NCBI GenBank assembly: GCA_951406725.2
Contig: OX597824.1
Span: 96,658,001-96,722,000, forward strand
DNA: 64,000 nt
Direction of reading: 5' to 3'
DNA from: Octopus vulgaris
Taxonomy: Eukaryota
Notes under the pieces: generated by a model
What the model was told of the DNA's origin: nothing
Databases searched by the model: none
Seen by the model: only the letters and a program-made list of their open reading frames with translations
Part shown: in pieces, positions 29,213 through 43,337 of the stretch
How positions within the stretch are numbered: position 1 is the first letter of the stretch
How the letters are laid out: every line of letters starts with the position of its first letter
Program-made: the position numbers and the translations under genes

Positions 29213-30529
29213 ATATACATACATGTATTATTGCATGTATATGCAAGCATGTGTATGTATTATGTATGTTTGTATGTATGTATGTATGTATGTTTGTGTG
29301 CGTGTATGCATGTATGTATTATGTATGTATGTATGTATGTATGTATGTATGCATGTATGTATGTATGTATGTATGTATGTATGTTTGTATGTGTGTATGT
29401 ATGTGTGTATGTATGTATGTGTGTATGCATATATGTATGTATGTATGTGTGTGTGTGTGTATGTATGTATGTATGCATGTATATATGTATGTACGTATAT
29501 AAATACGTATGTATGTATGCATGCATGGGTGTATATATGCATGGGTGTATGTATGTGTATACATATGTGTATGTGTGTGTTGATAGGTCATAGGAAACTA
29601 AAATAGAATTGTTATTGATTTTTTCCCCTTTTCTTGTTATTCGTGCAGTTGTTGTTGTTGTTGTTGCTCATAAATTATTTGTTGTTATTTTTGCATTTAA
29701 GTAGAATGTTTGCGTTTTGTTTTTGTTATTTTTGTTGTTGCTGCTGTCACAGTAATTGTTGTTTTGGCAGAAGATTATTAAATAGAATGTGTTTTTTTTC
29801 TTCTTTTTTTTCTTTTTTGTGTTGTTGTTTTGTGTTGTTGTCGAGTCACGTTTTTGTTGTTTTTGTTTATCTCCAACCTGATGAAGCTTCATAACAAACT
29901 ATATAAATATGCGGATGATAAAAATGTGAGACTCTAAACCGTGTTGTAATGTTGTATGTGGAGAGAGCTTGGAATTTAGTACCACGCCATTGTTGTACCC
30001 GACTCCAGTGAATGGCCACCCCGTCTGATCTCCCGAACTGTCTCGCCTCATTGCTTTCATTTCTAACACCTCCAAAGTAATAACAGACAACCAGTAACAA
30101 TAACTTCCTCAAACACATTGGATCTCACTTCCTCCCGTTCTCTGTCTGTCTCACTCTCTCTATTTCTTTCTCTCAGGGGCCATCAGTTTGGCTTCTACAG
30201 AACCAGGCTCACAGGTGCTCATCAATAAAATGTCGCTGCTCTGTGGGTTTTCACTCTATAGAAATTCGGCGAAAGCAACGTTGTTGATTGCCCAAGACAT
30301 CATCAAAGCTGCCACCCATGTCTGCTATGCTAATCTCTCACCAAAACTTCTTACCTTGAGGCTCCACTCATCTCTCAATCTCTCGGATCTGTAGCTTCAC
30401 ATCCGTTTGTACCATTGTGGCATGTATTGACGGAGCTCGTTCTGCGCCATTCTCCAACTCTGTTATTCCCCAAAGTTTGGTTCCCTGCTGTTTTCCTTCT
30501 ATATATCGATACCTTACTTGTCACCTTAC

Positions 30530-30905
30530 CCAAAAGAAATCTTCATCTTCAAGGCTGAAATCTCCACTTCTGAATTTTGCTAACCATCTTCTGCAAGTTC
30601 TTCCATTCAAGCATTCTTTCCCATAAACTGAGTGTATCTTTCGAGTAGCTTCGGCTGCAGAGTTTCCTTTTTTGTACTCATAAATCATTATGTGCCTCAA
30701 ATGCTCTGTGGATACTTCCATGATAGAAACGGTTTTAATCAAGGAAATTTAAAATTCTATTATTCTGTAAAATAATATTTAATTAGTTAAATGTACACAA
30801 ATGATTGCAAATAATTTTTAATTCTATTAGACATTCTAAAACACTATTAAATTTCATTCAATTTTAAAAAAGGTAAAATCGGACAGAACTTATGGGATGA
30901 CCTGA
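30530..30905 (-). mobile_element. mariner 5' fragment (TIR + HTH of transposase)
   Basis: TA-TCAGGTCATCCCATAAGTTCTGTCCG TIR; MEVSTEHLRHIMIYEYKKGNSAAEATRKIHSVYGKECLNGRTCRRWLAKFRSGDFSLEDE. Confidence 0.9.
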
Positions 30906-30956
30906 TATATATAAATGTTATATATATATATATATATATATGAATGTATATATATA

Positions 30957-31029
<73 letters not shown>

Positions 31030-31336
31030 GTATATATGTATATATATATACATGTATGCATGTATATATATATATAGTGAAGCTGAAGGAAGGGCCAGAG
31101 CCCATGACCTTTACGGGTTCTCCGAGATGGCTCCAATATGGCTTGTCCTAATCATATTCTGCGAAGCAATCACGTGACATTTGAACCTCTTTTTTCCTTT
31201 TCTGCGCATACTCATCCTTTCTCTGTCCTGCTCCTCCTGTTCCCCTTCCTTCTTCGCCTCCTACTCCTATTCGTCATCAACATCAACATCGTCTCCAGCC
31301 CTCGCTCTCTCAAAGACGACGACCACCACCACAATG

Positions 31337-31411
<75 letters not shown>

Positions 31412-31551
31412 GCAGTGCTTCTACCTTCCTGCCTTTCTTCTGTTTGCCACACCAAGCATTTTCTCCCGCCCTCGTTCAAAGTAAATAACAAATACAGAAG
31501 CTGAAAAGGTCACAGTAAACACACACACAAACAACATACACGTATATATGC

Positions 31552-31656
<105 letters not shown>

Positions 31657-31750
31657 CACATACATATATATATATACACATACATATATATATATATGCA
31701 TACATACATAAATGCATATACAAATATGTATGCATGTATATGCATACACG

Positions 31751-31782
<32 letters not shown>

Positions 31783-32000
31783 CACATGCAATTATCTACA
31801 TATATTCATATATATACATGCATATACATATATGCATATATATATATATTTAAATGTACGTAAATGTATATATATTCATAAAGATATTTACACATACACA
31901 CACATATGTATACATATATATAAACATATATACAAATATAAATATATATATATATATATACAAATATATATATGTATATATGTATATATATGTATATATA

Positions 32001-32048
<48 letters not shown>

Positions 32049-32150
32049 GTATATATATATATGTATATATATATGTATATATATGTATATATAATATGTA
32101 TACATATATATAAACATATATACAAATATATATATATATATATATATATA

Positions 32151-32685
32151 CAGGGTGTTTCAAAAAATTTTGTATCATTTCGCTATCTAATAACTTTGCC
32201 AGTTCTTGTTCAAATGACTTCAAATTTTAACAGCATTTGTAGAAACGGGCCAAAATTTTATGTTTAATGTTTGATGTGTTTATCTTTTCAGGTATAGAAA
32301 TGGCGTTCACTGGAAGAGAAAAGGTGTTTTGTGTGTTGGAGTAATGCTCGAACTCAGTCGCACAAGACTGTGCAGCAGGCATTTGTGAGAAAGTTCTCTA
32401 GAAAGAGGGAGCATGAGAGGGACTTACCAAAAGTGAATGTCTTGTGTGCCATCTCCAAGAAGCATCTTCATGGCCCATTTTTCTTTGAGGGAAATGTGAC
32501 TGGCGATGTTTACCTGCAAATGCTTCAGAACTGGCTAATGGATGAGCTCATTGCAAATAAGCATGAGGACTTAATTTTTCAACAGGACGGGGCTCCATCT
32601 CACTGGAAGCTTACTGTACGGGCCTATCTCAATGACAATCTGCAAGAGAGATGGACGGGCGGCCTGGTGACGAAAACAATGTGTA
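32151..32685 (+). mobile_element. Tc1/mariner (Tc3/DD41D-like) element, internally deleted transposase pseudogene
   Basis: TA-CAGGGTGTTTCAAAAA TIR; MAFTGREKVFCVLE*; KVNVLCAISKKHLHGPFFFEGNVTGDVYLQML...FQQDGAPSHW. Confidence 0.85.
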
Positions 32686-32689
32686 GGAA

Positions 32690-32868
32690 TGCTTGTGCTC
32701 AGCTGTTCAACTATTTCAAACAAGACCTCACCTTCGACATCTGAACGTTTCTCTGATCTTGGCGTGTCTTGGAGGCTCTAAACGTCTGTGCCATTTTTGT
32801 GCCACACGTTTGTTGACAGTTCCTTCGCTTTCCGTAGCATTAATTTCATTTGCTGCCGTCCTTGCACT
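32690..32868 (-). mobile_element. mariner transposase HTH fragment
   Basis: SARTAANEINATESEGTVNKRVAQKW, then a frameshift to SLQDTPRSEKRSDVEGEVLFEIVEQ. Confidence 0.7.
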
Positions 32869-33322
32869 GTCTCTCTTGTTCACCAGGTACTTTGTGGCAA
32901 TCTCTGGTTCCTGGATTGCAAACGCATAGTCTTCAAAGTGTGATGTAGTGGTCTTGTGTCCAAGAGAGGCTGCGCTTCGTGTCAATTCGTGTCAATTCCT
33001 ACCCATGCATAGTCTCTTCTTTGTATGCTGAGTGTTTTCCATCTAGGTCTTCTCTGAAGTAAGAGAGCCCAGCTGTTTCGGGGTTGTATAGGAGATCATC
33101 AGGAAGAGAGTATTTCTTCAGGAGCTCACTGCCAACTCGTACATTGTTGCTCACTTCACTTTTCAGCACTGTGTTTATATATTCATTTTTGTTATTGTTG
33201 TTCAGAAGGTGCCTCAGTAATACCATACAGCATTCGAAGGCCGTTTGCAATGATCTCAGGCCTCTACCACCTTCATTTCTTCTTATGTTAGCCTGTTAAC
33301 ATCAGTTTCCGTGGAAGTTCCC
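32869..33322 (-). mobile_element. R4/Dong-like non-LTR retrotransposon fragment (post-RT region)
   Basis: RRNEGGRGLRSL ... KEETMHG ... FEDYAFAIQEPEIATKY motifs. Confidence 0.7.
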
Positions 33323-33323
33323 A

Positions 33324-33354
<31 letters not shown>

Positions 33355-33379
33355 TGTATGTATGTATGTATGTATGTAT

Positions 33380-33419
<40 letters not shown>

Positions 33420-33669
33420 GGTTTAAGAAGACAAATTACTAATTTTCTAGTTTGACAGAGATTTTGTTTGTTAGACGCAAAACTAGTGAAGCCCTGAACG
33501 GTTGCGATTTTATGCACAATGAATCAAAAACGGACTGAATTGATAGGAAAAACAAAAACCCATACGAAATAGGAAAATGGCGAATACACACTTGTTGTGA
33601 TGGTGGTGGGGATGTGTAGTGTGCTCAAGATTAATCACCATTAAAGGTTAATCACCTACAACAACAACA

Positions 33670-33733
<64 letters not shown>

Positions 33734-35383
33734 GAACTCGCCCTTCTCACTTAAACTACCGTTTCATGTCCTTCCATGAACGCAGATACACACATACATA
33801 TGTAGAAACAGACACACACACACACACACTCACAAACACACGTACATAACTACACTAATATGGACAGACGCACAACCGGTCAATGGATTTAATGGCCTTG
33901 TTACAGAGATACACACTTACACATACAGAAACATACGCAACACGCATATACTCTCATTCATACATAAACAAACACACACACACACATATTCGTATATGTG
34001 ATCAAACCAGAAACACATGCAGGCACATATACACATATACAACACTCTGCTACACACACATACACACACACACACTCACACATGTATTTAGGTGAAGAGC
34101 TGTAGTCTAGACAGGCTAATGGATGTTCTTCTAACACTGTAATATATGGCGCCTAGGAGTCGAACCCAACAGATGTGTGCAACTAATTTGCTCTGCGATT
34201 TCTAGGTTGCCGTTTAGCCCCAGGTCTGTTTTGAATGCAGAAACCTTCCCACTCCACTAGACCTACCGCCAACAATACTATCGATTTTGATAATCTTTCC
34301 ATTGGCCTCAAAGAATGCACACCAGAACTGCATATCTTCATCAAAACTATCTCTTCTGTCTGTCTCTCTCTCTGTCTCCCTCTTTATTTCCTCGGGGATA
34401 TATCCAGATCTTTGGAAACACGGAACAGTGTGCACCACTCCAAAAAAATAACCCTCATGACTCGATCTAATCCTGTTTTATCGACCTCACAACATTGTCC
34501 ATGTTTTTCGAAATTATAGAGGTTTCCAGAAAAGACCTTAATAAATAAATTGATACGATTCTACAATACCATACGGCCTAAATCAGCCGTTGGATTATTG
34601 ATTTTATATTATTAAATAACTTGCGTATGATGATCATCCAGTGTCATATCTTTAAATTTATGGAATCTAAAATGTACTCGTTGATTATCCCCAATTAACG
34701 GATTCGTATGCAAATGAAGCTACAAATTCTGTTGGCTGTAATTCGTATACTTGTGGGCCTTTAATGTTATGTATGTTTTACAAGTGTCCTATATTGCTTA
34801 ACAGAGTTAAACATGTTGAGTTTTTCTTTTTTCTTCGTCGATAATTATTTCTATGTATTTGGGATCGTTTTCTTGAGCCCTTTTCTGGTGTTGTTTAGAG
34901 TAATCTAAAACTTTGGTTTTTGTTGGCTTGCTCACAAATAATGCTTGAAATTTTGGCAGGTTCTAATTTCTTTTCATTGAAATTTTTCACAGGAGGCACC
35001 AAACACCTTTGTCCATGAATTTTCCATTGCATCAGTACATCCAAGTCTTTTATTAAGACTTCGGTTCTCAGGTGATGTTGCTATGGATCACATTGTCTAT
35101 TTGCCTGCCGGATGAAGTCTGGCCCGAGATCGAGAGTCAACCGTAATTTGTATAACAGAATAATGTCAGTGCTGACCTCTCACGGAACCGAAATGTCACT
35201 GCTAAGAATTCCTGTACTTGGCTATAAAATGCATACATACCTACATACATTCGTGCGCGTGCACACACACATACTCGCACATACATATATTCATATATAT
35301 TACACCTCACACACATTTTATATACATATATAAGTACATATATATGTAGACATACATACATACATAATACATACATACGTACA

Positions 35384-35461
<78 letters not shown>

Positions 35462-35462
<1 letters not shown>

Positions 35463-35594
35463 TATTATTCAAAGAAGAATACAGTGTACGTTCAAACACA
35501 AAAGAGATACCCGAAGAATAGGATATCTGACTCGCTATTCTTCGGGTATCTCTTTTGTGTTTGAATGTACACTGTATTTTTCTCTGAATAATAT
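35462..35594. repeat. Fold-back inverted repeat (~60-bp arms, ~13-nt loop)
   Basis: TACAGTGTACGTTCAAACACAAAAGAGATACCCGAAGAATAG / CTATTCTTCGGGTATCTCTTTTGTGTTTGAATGTACACTGTA. Confidence 0.9.
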
Positions 35595-35695
35595 TTAGTC
35601 TATTGACTATTTTTTCTTTCTCGCTAGACCACGGGTAACTAAGAATTTTTCGATGAATATTCTTGCTACCCTAAGATTTTAATTATATATATATA

Positions 35696-35761
<66 letters not shown>

Positions 35762-36034
35762 CATGTATATATGTATGTATGTAATACATAGTCTTTAGAC
35801 TAAATTTTTACACGCTAGGCCACTGGAAGTGAACATTTTTATAAATTTCCATTTCCCTTCGATATGATTAAGTATTGTAAGTTTTTTGGATAATTTTCGA
35901 ATTTTAAAATTTGGCATTTTTTTAATGCCGACGAGGAGCTGCGCCTGCGCAGTTGATTTTGAAAAAGTTAAGATGTATAAACAAGAGGCATATAATTGAT
36001 TGCCACGTGTTTTATATATTTAATCAGAGGTGTA

Positions 36035-36108
36035 CCTGCTGATGACGATTTCACCTTGCGAATATCATTTTATTTGATAAATTAAAATCAAAAACCATTT
36101 GGTCCAGG
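36035..36108 (+). ncRNA. Degenerate type I hammerhead (G12 lost)
   Basis: CCTG-CTGATGA-CGATTT...AAATCA-AAAA-CCATTTGG-TC^CAGG. Confidence 0.55.
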
Positions 36109-36880
36109 AAACTTGATGGTAAAAGTTTTTATATTTTCATTTGGTTCCTTTCGGGATTTTATCCCTAATTTTGTGATTTTGGAACCTAGCTGTTCTTTCT
36201 AGCGTGATGAATCCCACGAGTGGATTCCTTATGTGTTTAAATGTATGTATGCATGTATGTATGTATGTATGTATGTATGGCTGGATGGCTGGATGGCTGG
36301 CTGGCTGGCTGGATGGATGGATGTATATATATATATATTTTTGTGTGTGCGTATGAATATATCAAATCAGTATACATTCACGTACATGTAAATTTTCACG
36401 ATCACATTCAAACAACTATTCACAATTAGCGCATGCGCAGAATATTACAATTCTATGGATTTAAGTGTTTCTCCTCTCAATGTCGCTTGTATCACCAAAA
36501 CCACCACCACCACCACTAGCTCCGTCCACCACCACCACCACCACCACCACCACCACCACCACCACCAACACCAATACCACCACCACCACCACCACCACCA
36601 CCACCACCACCACCACCACCACCACCACCACCACCACCACCACCACCACCTAGCTCCGTCACCAGTGCCCTCCGCCCAGCAAGTTAAAACCCATCTCTTT
36701 ACCTGGCTCAATTAATTTTAATATGACGCGTCTGTGGTCAGCGAAGGCGGAAGAAGCTTATTACATTTCGGCCTTAAGCAGCATCACTTGAAACGGGTCA
36801 TTTCTTGACTGTGACCTTTTGACCTGACCTTAGATGTTAAGACCCGAGTTTAGGTAATAATTGCTAGATTTGGGTGTGGT

Positions 36881-36983
<103 letters not shown>

Positions 36984-36990
36984 CATATAT

Positions 36991-37098
36991 ACACCATATA
37001 TACATAAATGTGTGTGCGTATATACATATGCCAACATATATATATATATGTATGTTGGCATAAGTATATACGCACACACATTTATGTATATATGGTGT
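36991..37098. repeat. Inverted repeat (~48-bp arms) centred on (TA)n
   Basis: ACACCATATATACATAAATGTGTGTGCGTATATACATATGCCAACATA and its near-perfect reverse complement. Confidence 0.85.
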
Positions 37099-37113
37099 AT
37101 ATATATATATATG

Positions 37114-37151
<38 letters not shown>

Positions 37152-37657
37152 AGAGTGAGAGAGGGAGAGAGAGGGAGAGAGAGACAGAGAAAGAGTAAGA
37201 GAGTGTTGCTATGTCTTAGGTGGTGTATGTATGAGTCGAGAGTCGTTGAGTTTTTATACTTAACTTCAGAAAAGGAATTTAAATGGGATCTATACCTCCT
37301 CTTAAAATTCAACAATGCTTCCTATATATACACCTTAGATTTTGGGTTATCTACTTTTGCTATACATTTATATACCAATTTTTTTGTGAGACACGATTCC
37401 GGAATTCTAGAGCGACGTGTTTTTTTTTAAAACTGTTCTGCTATCATTCCTATTATTGTCTTTCTTTTTTATTTGAACAATTTTCCTGATGTTTCATACT
37501 TAGATTATTTCATTAAATTCATTCAGTTGTTAAACATAAATAAATTTTGGAGTTAAATGGTTTTGATTTATTGTCAGGTGACTTTTGGCCAGCCGTGTAT
37601 GTATGTATGTATGTATGTATGTATGTATGTATGTATGTATGTATGTATGTATGTATG

Positions 37658-37724
<67 letters not shown>

Positions 37725-37811
37725 GCTACTATAGGAAATATCTATTGTTCTTACGCTTACTGTTGTTACATACCTACAATACTAGTTTCAAATTTCTGTA
37801 TAAGTTCAGCA

Positions 37812-37962
37812 AGTCGGCACAAATGGTAGTTATTTTATCGACCCCGAAAGGATGAAAGGCAAAGTCAACCCCGGCGGTGTTTGAAGTCAGAACGTAAAGA
37901 CAGACGAAATACCGTTAAACATTTTGCTCGGCAGGTTTAACGACTCGGCCAGTTCGCCGCCT
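37812..37962 (-). mobile_element. SINE family B
   Basis: GACCCCGAAAGGATGAAAGGCAAAGTCAACC...TCGCCGCCTT. Confidence 0.8.
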
Positions 37963-38099
37963 TACATACAGGCAATATTAATATTTTTTTCGTTTTTAAA
38001 TATCATGGTCCGTATACAAACCACGATATGAATGCAAAATTTCAAACAAACATCGTTAAATGAATTTCATCAAACATCCTCTCAACGATTAAAATGAGA

Positions 38100-38384
38100 A
38101 TATCTGAAGTAAACTCAACTGCTCTCGCAAACGAGAATACTAAAACTGAACCCGACCGCTCTCAAAAATTAAGTAAAAAAAAGCAGGAAAAATAATCTAG
38201 AATCCTTGTCTGGTACCAGATCAATCCCAAAATCTAATCAGTTCGTGCCAGTCACAAGGCCAAACAGCCCTGAAAGTTTCATTCGAATCCATCGAGTGGT
38301 TCTTGAGATATCTTGTCCACTGACAGACAAACAAACAAACGCGAATGAAAACAATACCTCCGCCTTCGCTGAGGCGGAGGTAAC
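38100..38384. mobile_element. Helentron-associated non-autonomous element (HINE/DINE-1-like)
   Basis: Terminal hairpin ACCTCCGCCTT-CGC-TGAGGCGGAGGT next to (ACAA)n and AAAACAATACC. Confidence 0.55.
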
Positions 38385-38944
38385 AATGATAGCTGTTTAA
38401 CCATTAATTATGATAATACTGTAATACTCTGTTAATGTTGTGATTTCCATAAGCACTGGGTTACTATTTTCGGTATGAAGCCATTTTATGTGATCGACAA
38501 ACAAAATCTATAATTATTGTACATCTGAAATTTCGTGTGATATTCCCAGTTGCAAAATGATATCCTTCTCAACATTACTAATAATAGGAGGGCTAAACAC
38601 AGTGTTGAAAAAAAAAGGGATCTTATAGATAGGTTGTGAAACTGTAATAGACTATATTAAGCTTTCAAAATTGTTGAGATGAGAGACAGCATTCCGAAGC
38701 GTCACAATTGTCTTATTCCACGAAGCATAAAACATATTCTGCCGTTGACTTAATAGAAAAGGTTAAGGCGGGAACATGGTAATGTCTTCTGCAATACATA
38801 TATATATACATATATATACATATACACCACCCCCATATATATACGCATACATACATACATACATACATACATATACTTATATACGCATATATTCACATAT
38901 GTATACATATATACGTGCACATAACAAACACATGCTGGCATATA

Positions 38945-38994
<50 letters not shown>

Positions 38995-39072
38995 GACACA
39001 CACACACAGACATAATTTGAATAAACAGAAATGTGATACTACTACTACAACTAACTACTACTACTGCTACTG

Positions 39073-39155
<83 letters not shown>

Positions 39156-39254
39156 GCTGCTGCTGTTGCTATAGCTTCAGAAACACGCATCTTCCAAAAC
39201 GTTCCCTTCTATCATCTAACATCACAAAGTAATTGTCAAAAGGCTTGAGGGACT

Positions 39255-39356
<102 letters not shown>

Positions 39357-39469
39357 TTGATGCCTAGCAAGATAGATAGATAAATAGACAGAAAGTTAAA
39401 TAGATTGATAGATATACATCAATAAAGAGACGCAAATGCAGAAACAGAGAAGAACAGAACGCAAGAGAA

Positions 39470-39522
<53 letters not shown>

Positions 39523-39545
39523 CATACATATACACACACACATAC

Positions 39546-39588
<43 letters not shown>

Positions 39589-39600
39589 TAGAGAGAGAGG

Positions 39601-39638
<38 letters not shown>

Positions 39639-40812
39639 AGGTCTCAGGTGTCAATGTCTACAAAAGTGAATACAGCGAGATTATTTGTATAGTTGTTGCT
39701 GTTGTTGTTTACACTGGCTTGGCTTTAGGCTAAAATGCAACCATAACAGAGAGACATACAGACAGACAGATCTCCACCCATACAGATATACATCTATACA
39801 GACATATATAAATATAGTCAATCAAATAGACATATATGTATAAATCATATGCACGTGACTATATAAAAACATACAAATACATATATATATATACATAATA
39901 TTTAGGCGGGAATGGATGCATGCTCGACGCGGGAATCTATTAATCAATTTTACGACGAAGTCTACCATTTCCAACATTAATGTCGACATCTACCAGCCTT
40001 GTTAAATAACTGTTTATTCTGATTACATTCTTTGAGGAAACCTTTTATTCAAAATCATAACGAAATTTGTTTGAAATGTGCAGTTACCTTGCTGAGAATC
40101 TCAACAAACAACTTGGCTGGACAAAAGCAGAACACAGGAAAATAAATCGAAAAGATGTAAACAGAAGCGATTTTTTGAGGGTAGAACTACTTTTCCTGGT
40201 AAAGTGGCGGATGGTAAGAATATGGTATCAGGTACATGGCAGGAGGTAGCGACGTAAACAGACTAGTATTTTCATAATAACCAGTCCCCTTCGTGTAGTT
40301 AGCGGCTGTTTCTGATGCATGGATTCAGTTTAGAATGACGATAGCTACTTTGATCCGAATATTACTGATGTTCCGTTCTGTTACACTGATGATAATCGTG
40401 ATGTTTTAGATGTGTCATTTTTCCAGGTCTTATTTGACCGAGATATATGTATAGACGTGTTCCTTGCTGCTGATATATAATTGGTCTATATTCAAGAACC
40501 AGCACCTTTATTCAGTCTAATTGGTACACTACATAAGCTGTCAGACTCATATCTGTTGGACGATTCCCAAGCAAGAATTTTTTCAATGAAGAACTGTGTC
40601 ACTCTCGGATCTTTATGTTCCTCTTCACAGACTGTCTGACGAATGCGTGGGGCTTCTTTAGGGAATATTTCAGTTTGCTGGCGTTCAACGAAAGGAAGAT
40701 GTTAGCTGTTGTTTAATAGAATCGCTTTGAATCACTTGGTGTCAGATATTTTATCTTCAGCGCCGCTGTACAAATGTCTTGCAGCCCTGAGGTGTTTTTG
40801 TTTCTGTATATA

Positions 40813-41029
40813 CTCTTTTACTCTTTTACTCTTTTACTTGTTTCAGTCATTTGACTGCGGCCATGCTGTAGCACCGCCTTTAGTCGAGCAAATCGACCCC
40901 GGGACTTATTCTTTGTAAGCCCAGTACTTATTCTACCGGTCTCTTTTGCCGAACCGCTAAGTGACGGGGACGTAAACACACCAGCATCGGTTGTCAAGCA
41001 ATGATAGGGGGACAAACACAGACACACAA

Positions 41030-41102
<73 letters not shown>

Positions 41103-41268
41103 TACGACAGGCTTCTTTCAGTTTCTGTCTACCAAATCCACTCACAAGGCATTGGTCGGCCCGGGGCTATAGCAGAAGACACTTGCCCAAGATGCCACGC
41201 AGTGGGACTGAACCCGGAACCATGTGGTTGGTTAGCAAGCTACTTACCACACAGCCATTCCTGCGCCT
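40813..41268 (-). mobile_element. SINE family A, full length, young
   Basis: Close match to the other copies, with a (TTTTACTC)n tail. Confidence 0.9.
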
Positions 41269-42401
41269 ATATGTATTATTATCATTTTAATTGTTGTCTT
41301 CGTGTGGCCCTAAGCCTTTATTCGGTTTATGGTGTTGTTATTTTTGGGTCCCATTCCCAGCAAGTTTCTTGCTGGTGCCTCCAGTATGGAAGCGATATTA
41401 TCGATAATGACCGAAATTGCGTTTGACCCTCTGGTCGATAACTGAAGAGGAGTTGGTCACCTGTGTTTTTCGCTCGCCTGTGTATTTAGTATATGTTCGT
41501 ATGTTTATTTACTCCACGTTTTTTGAATTATATGTATGTATGTATATATATACTTAATCCTGAAAAAAGAAAATATATGTACGTATGCATGTATGTAGTG
41601 TATGTGTTTTTTGTTGTCTGTTTGTCCTACCACCACACCTGTCAACCCGCGTCAGTGTGTCAACGTCCCAATAACTTAACGTTTCAGCAAACGAGATCAA
41701 TGGGATAAGAACCAAGCTTTAAAAAAATAAGAACTGGGGTCGATTCATTCGACTGAAGACTCTTGAAGGCGGTGCCCTAGCATGGCCGCAATCTAATGAC
41801 TGAAGCAAGTAGAAGATAATCGGGGAGCTGTGCTCCTGTCCACGGCTGAAAATGTACGGCTGACAGCTTTGCAAAGGTAGCTACACCGTCGCACCACACC
41901 AAACGCCATATAAATAGGACACTCATAGATTATCCGGTATCATATACAAGAGAAAACATACCACATAGATAACTATATCGAAATATACTACATCGACGTG
42001 TATAGTATATTTGATAGCCAGTTCTATTTGGCAGATATTGTTACACACAGTTCCGCTTATTTGGTATTCTTTTAATCCTTGTGTCGAATTGTTTCTTTAA
42101 TCCCAAAGACAGATGCCGCGCGTGAGGATAAGATCTCGTGTTCATCCTTGTCGTCACGTGATGTATAATCTGTAAGTGTGGTTTCGCTTGTTGTCAAAAG
42201 CTCTGTGCTGTTAAAAACGTAGCACAAGGACTTCTGTAACATTTCATTACCGACCTTGTTACCAGATTACCTCCTATAGCACCAGATTCTTGCTGCACAG
42301 CACACACAAGAACTCTGTGTGTGTGTGTATGTGTGACTTTGTGATTATTCACACTATCTAAATGTTTGCAATGTTTGCAATAGACTGCGTATGCACGTAT
42401 T

Positions 42402-42454
<53 letters not shown>

Positions 42455-43059
42455 ATAAATAAAAATATATGCATACATACAAACATATATGTACGTACCT
42501 ACATCTACATGTATATATACATGCATATATAAATAATTATACGTGAGTACAGGACACCACAATAAGACGTAGAAACGGGAAAATCAAAAAAACAAAAAAC
42601 AAGAAAAAGAAGAAACAAAAAACAAGAAAACGAAAAAAACAGTTACAGGACGTACTACACAAGGAAAAAACCCACGTCATCAGCTGTCGCTAGTAGAGTC
42701 GAGCATGTTTCGAAGGCAGAGACAGAACACTAATCCACTAGGCCTTCTTGCGAGAGAATTAAAATAAAATTCCAAGCAGCGGGGCAAAATGAGTACGAAC
42801 ACGAACAGGACGTAATAATAAAACTGCAAAAATAAAAATACATGTACAAAAAATACAATTAAATACAAAACGAGATTTGAGTAGTTGAATGAATTATCTT
42901 GTTATGGATAATTCGGTTAACAGATACCTGGGTAGCAAATTCACATCAGAGAAGACACGTTTGAAGTTACGTGCTTTCGTGTGGAAATTTGTACGTTTTT
43001 TTAAAAATATAAATATATGAAAGAATGGAGTTGAACGACGAATTAACAAAATTCCTTTA

Positions 43060-43142
43060 TTTTCGACATATGTTTCGAAGGCTGCATATTCCTAATTGCG
43101 AAGGAATAAGGAGTATATTATGCCGCTTTCTCATCAGGAAAA
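43060..43142 (-). ncRNA. Type I hammerhead ribozyme (mirror copy)
   Basis: Reverse complement of 43255-43337. Confidence 0.8.
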
Positions 43143-43254
43143 GCAAGGAACTTATGTCAACATCAAGATGCACAAAAAACTTTTAGATGGCTGCTCACAC
43201 GGAGCCCATAGTGATAATGAGTGTCTCTTTAAAAAAGAGACATAAGTTCCTTGC

Positions 43255-43337
43255 TTTTCCTGATGAGAAAGCGGCATAATATACTCCTTATTCCTTCGCA
43301 ATTAGGAATATGCAGCCTTCGAAACATATGTCGAAAA
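43255..43337 (+). ncRNA. Type I hammerhead ribozyme, canonical core, long stem II
   Basis: TTTTC-CTGATGA-GAAAGCGGCATA...TATGCAGCCTTC-GAAA-CATATG-TC^GAAAA; predicted cleavage after C43332. Confidence 0.85.

Noticed and set aside
39900-40800. Unique-looking sequence, possible coding remnant
   Set aside because: Manual translation gave short frames with no recognisable motif
42660-42720. GAAACATG and CTGATGA on the minus strand
   Set aside because: The order and pairing do not give a complete hammerhead
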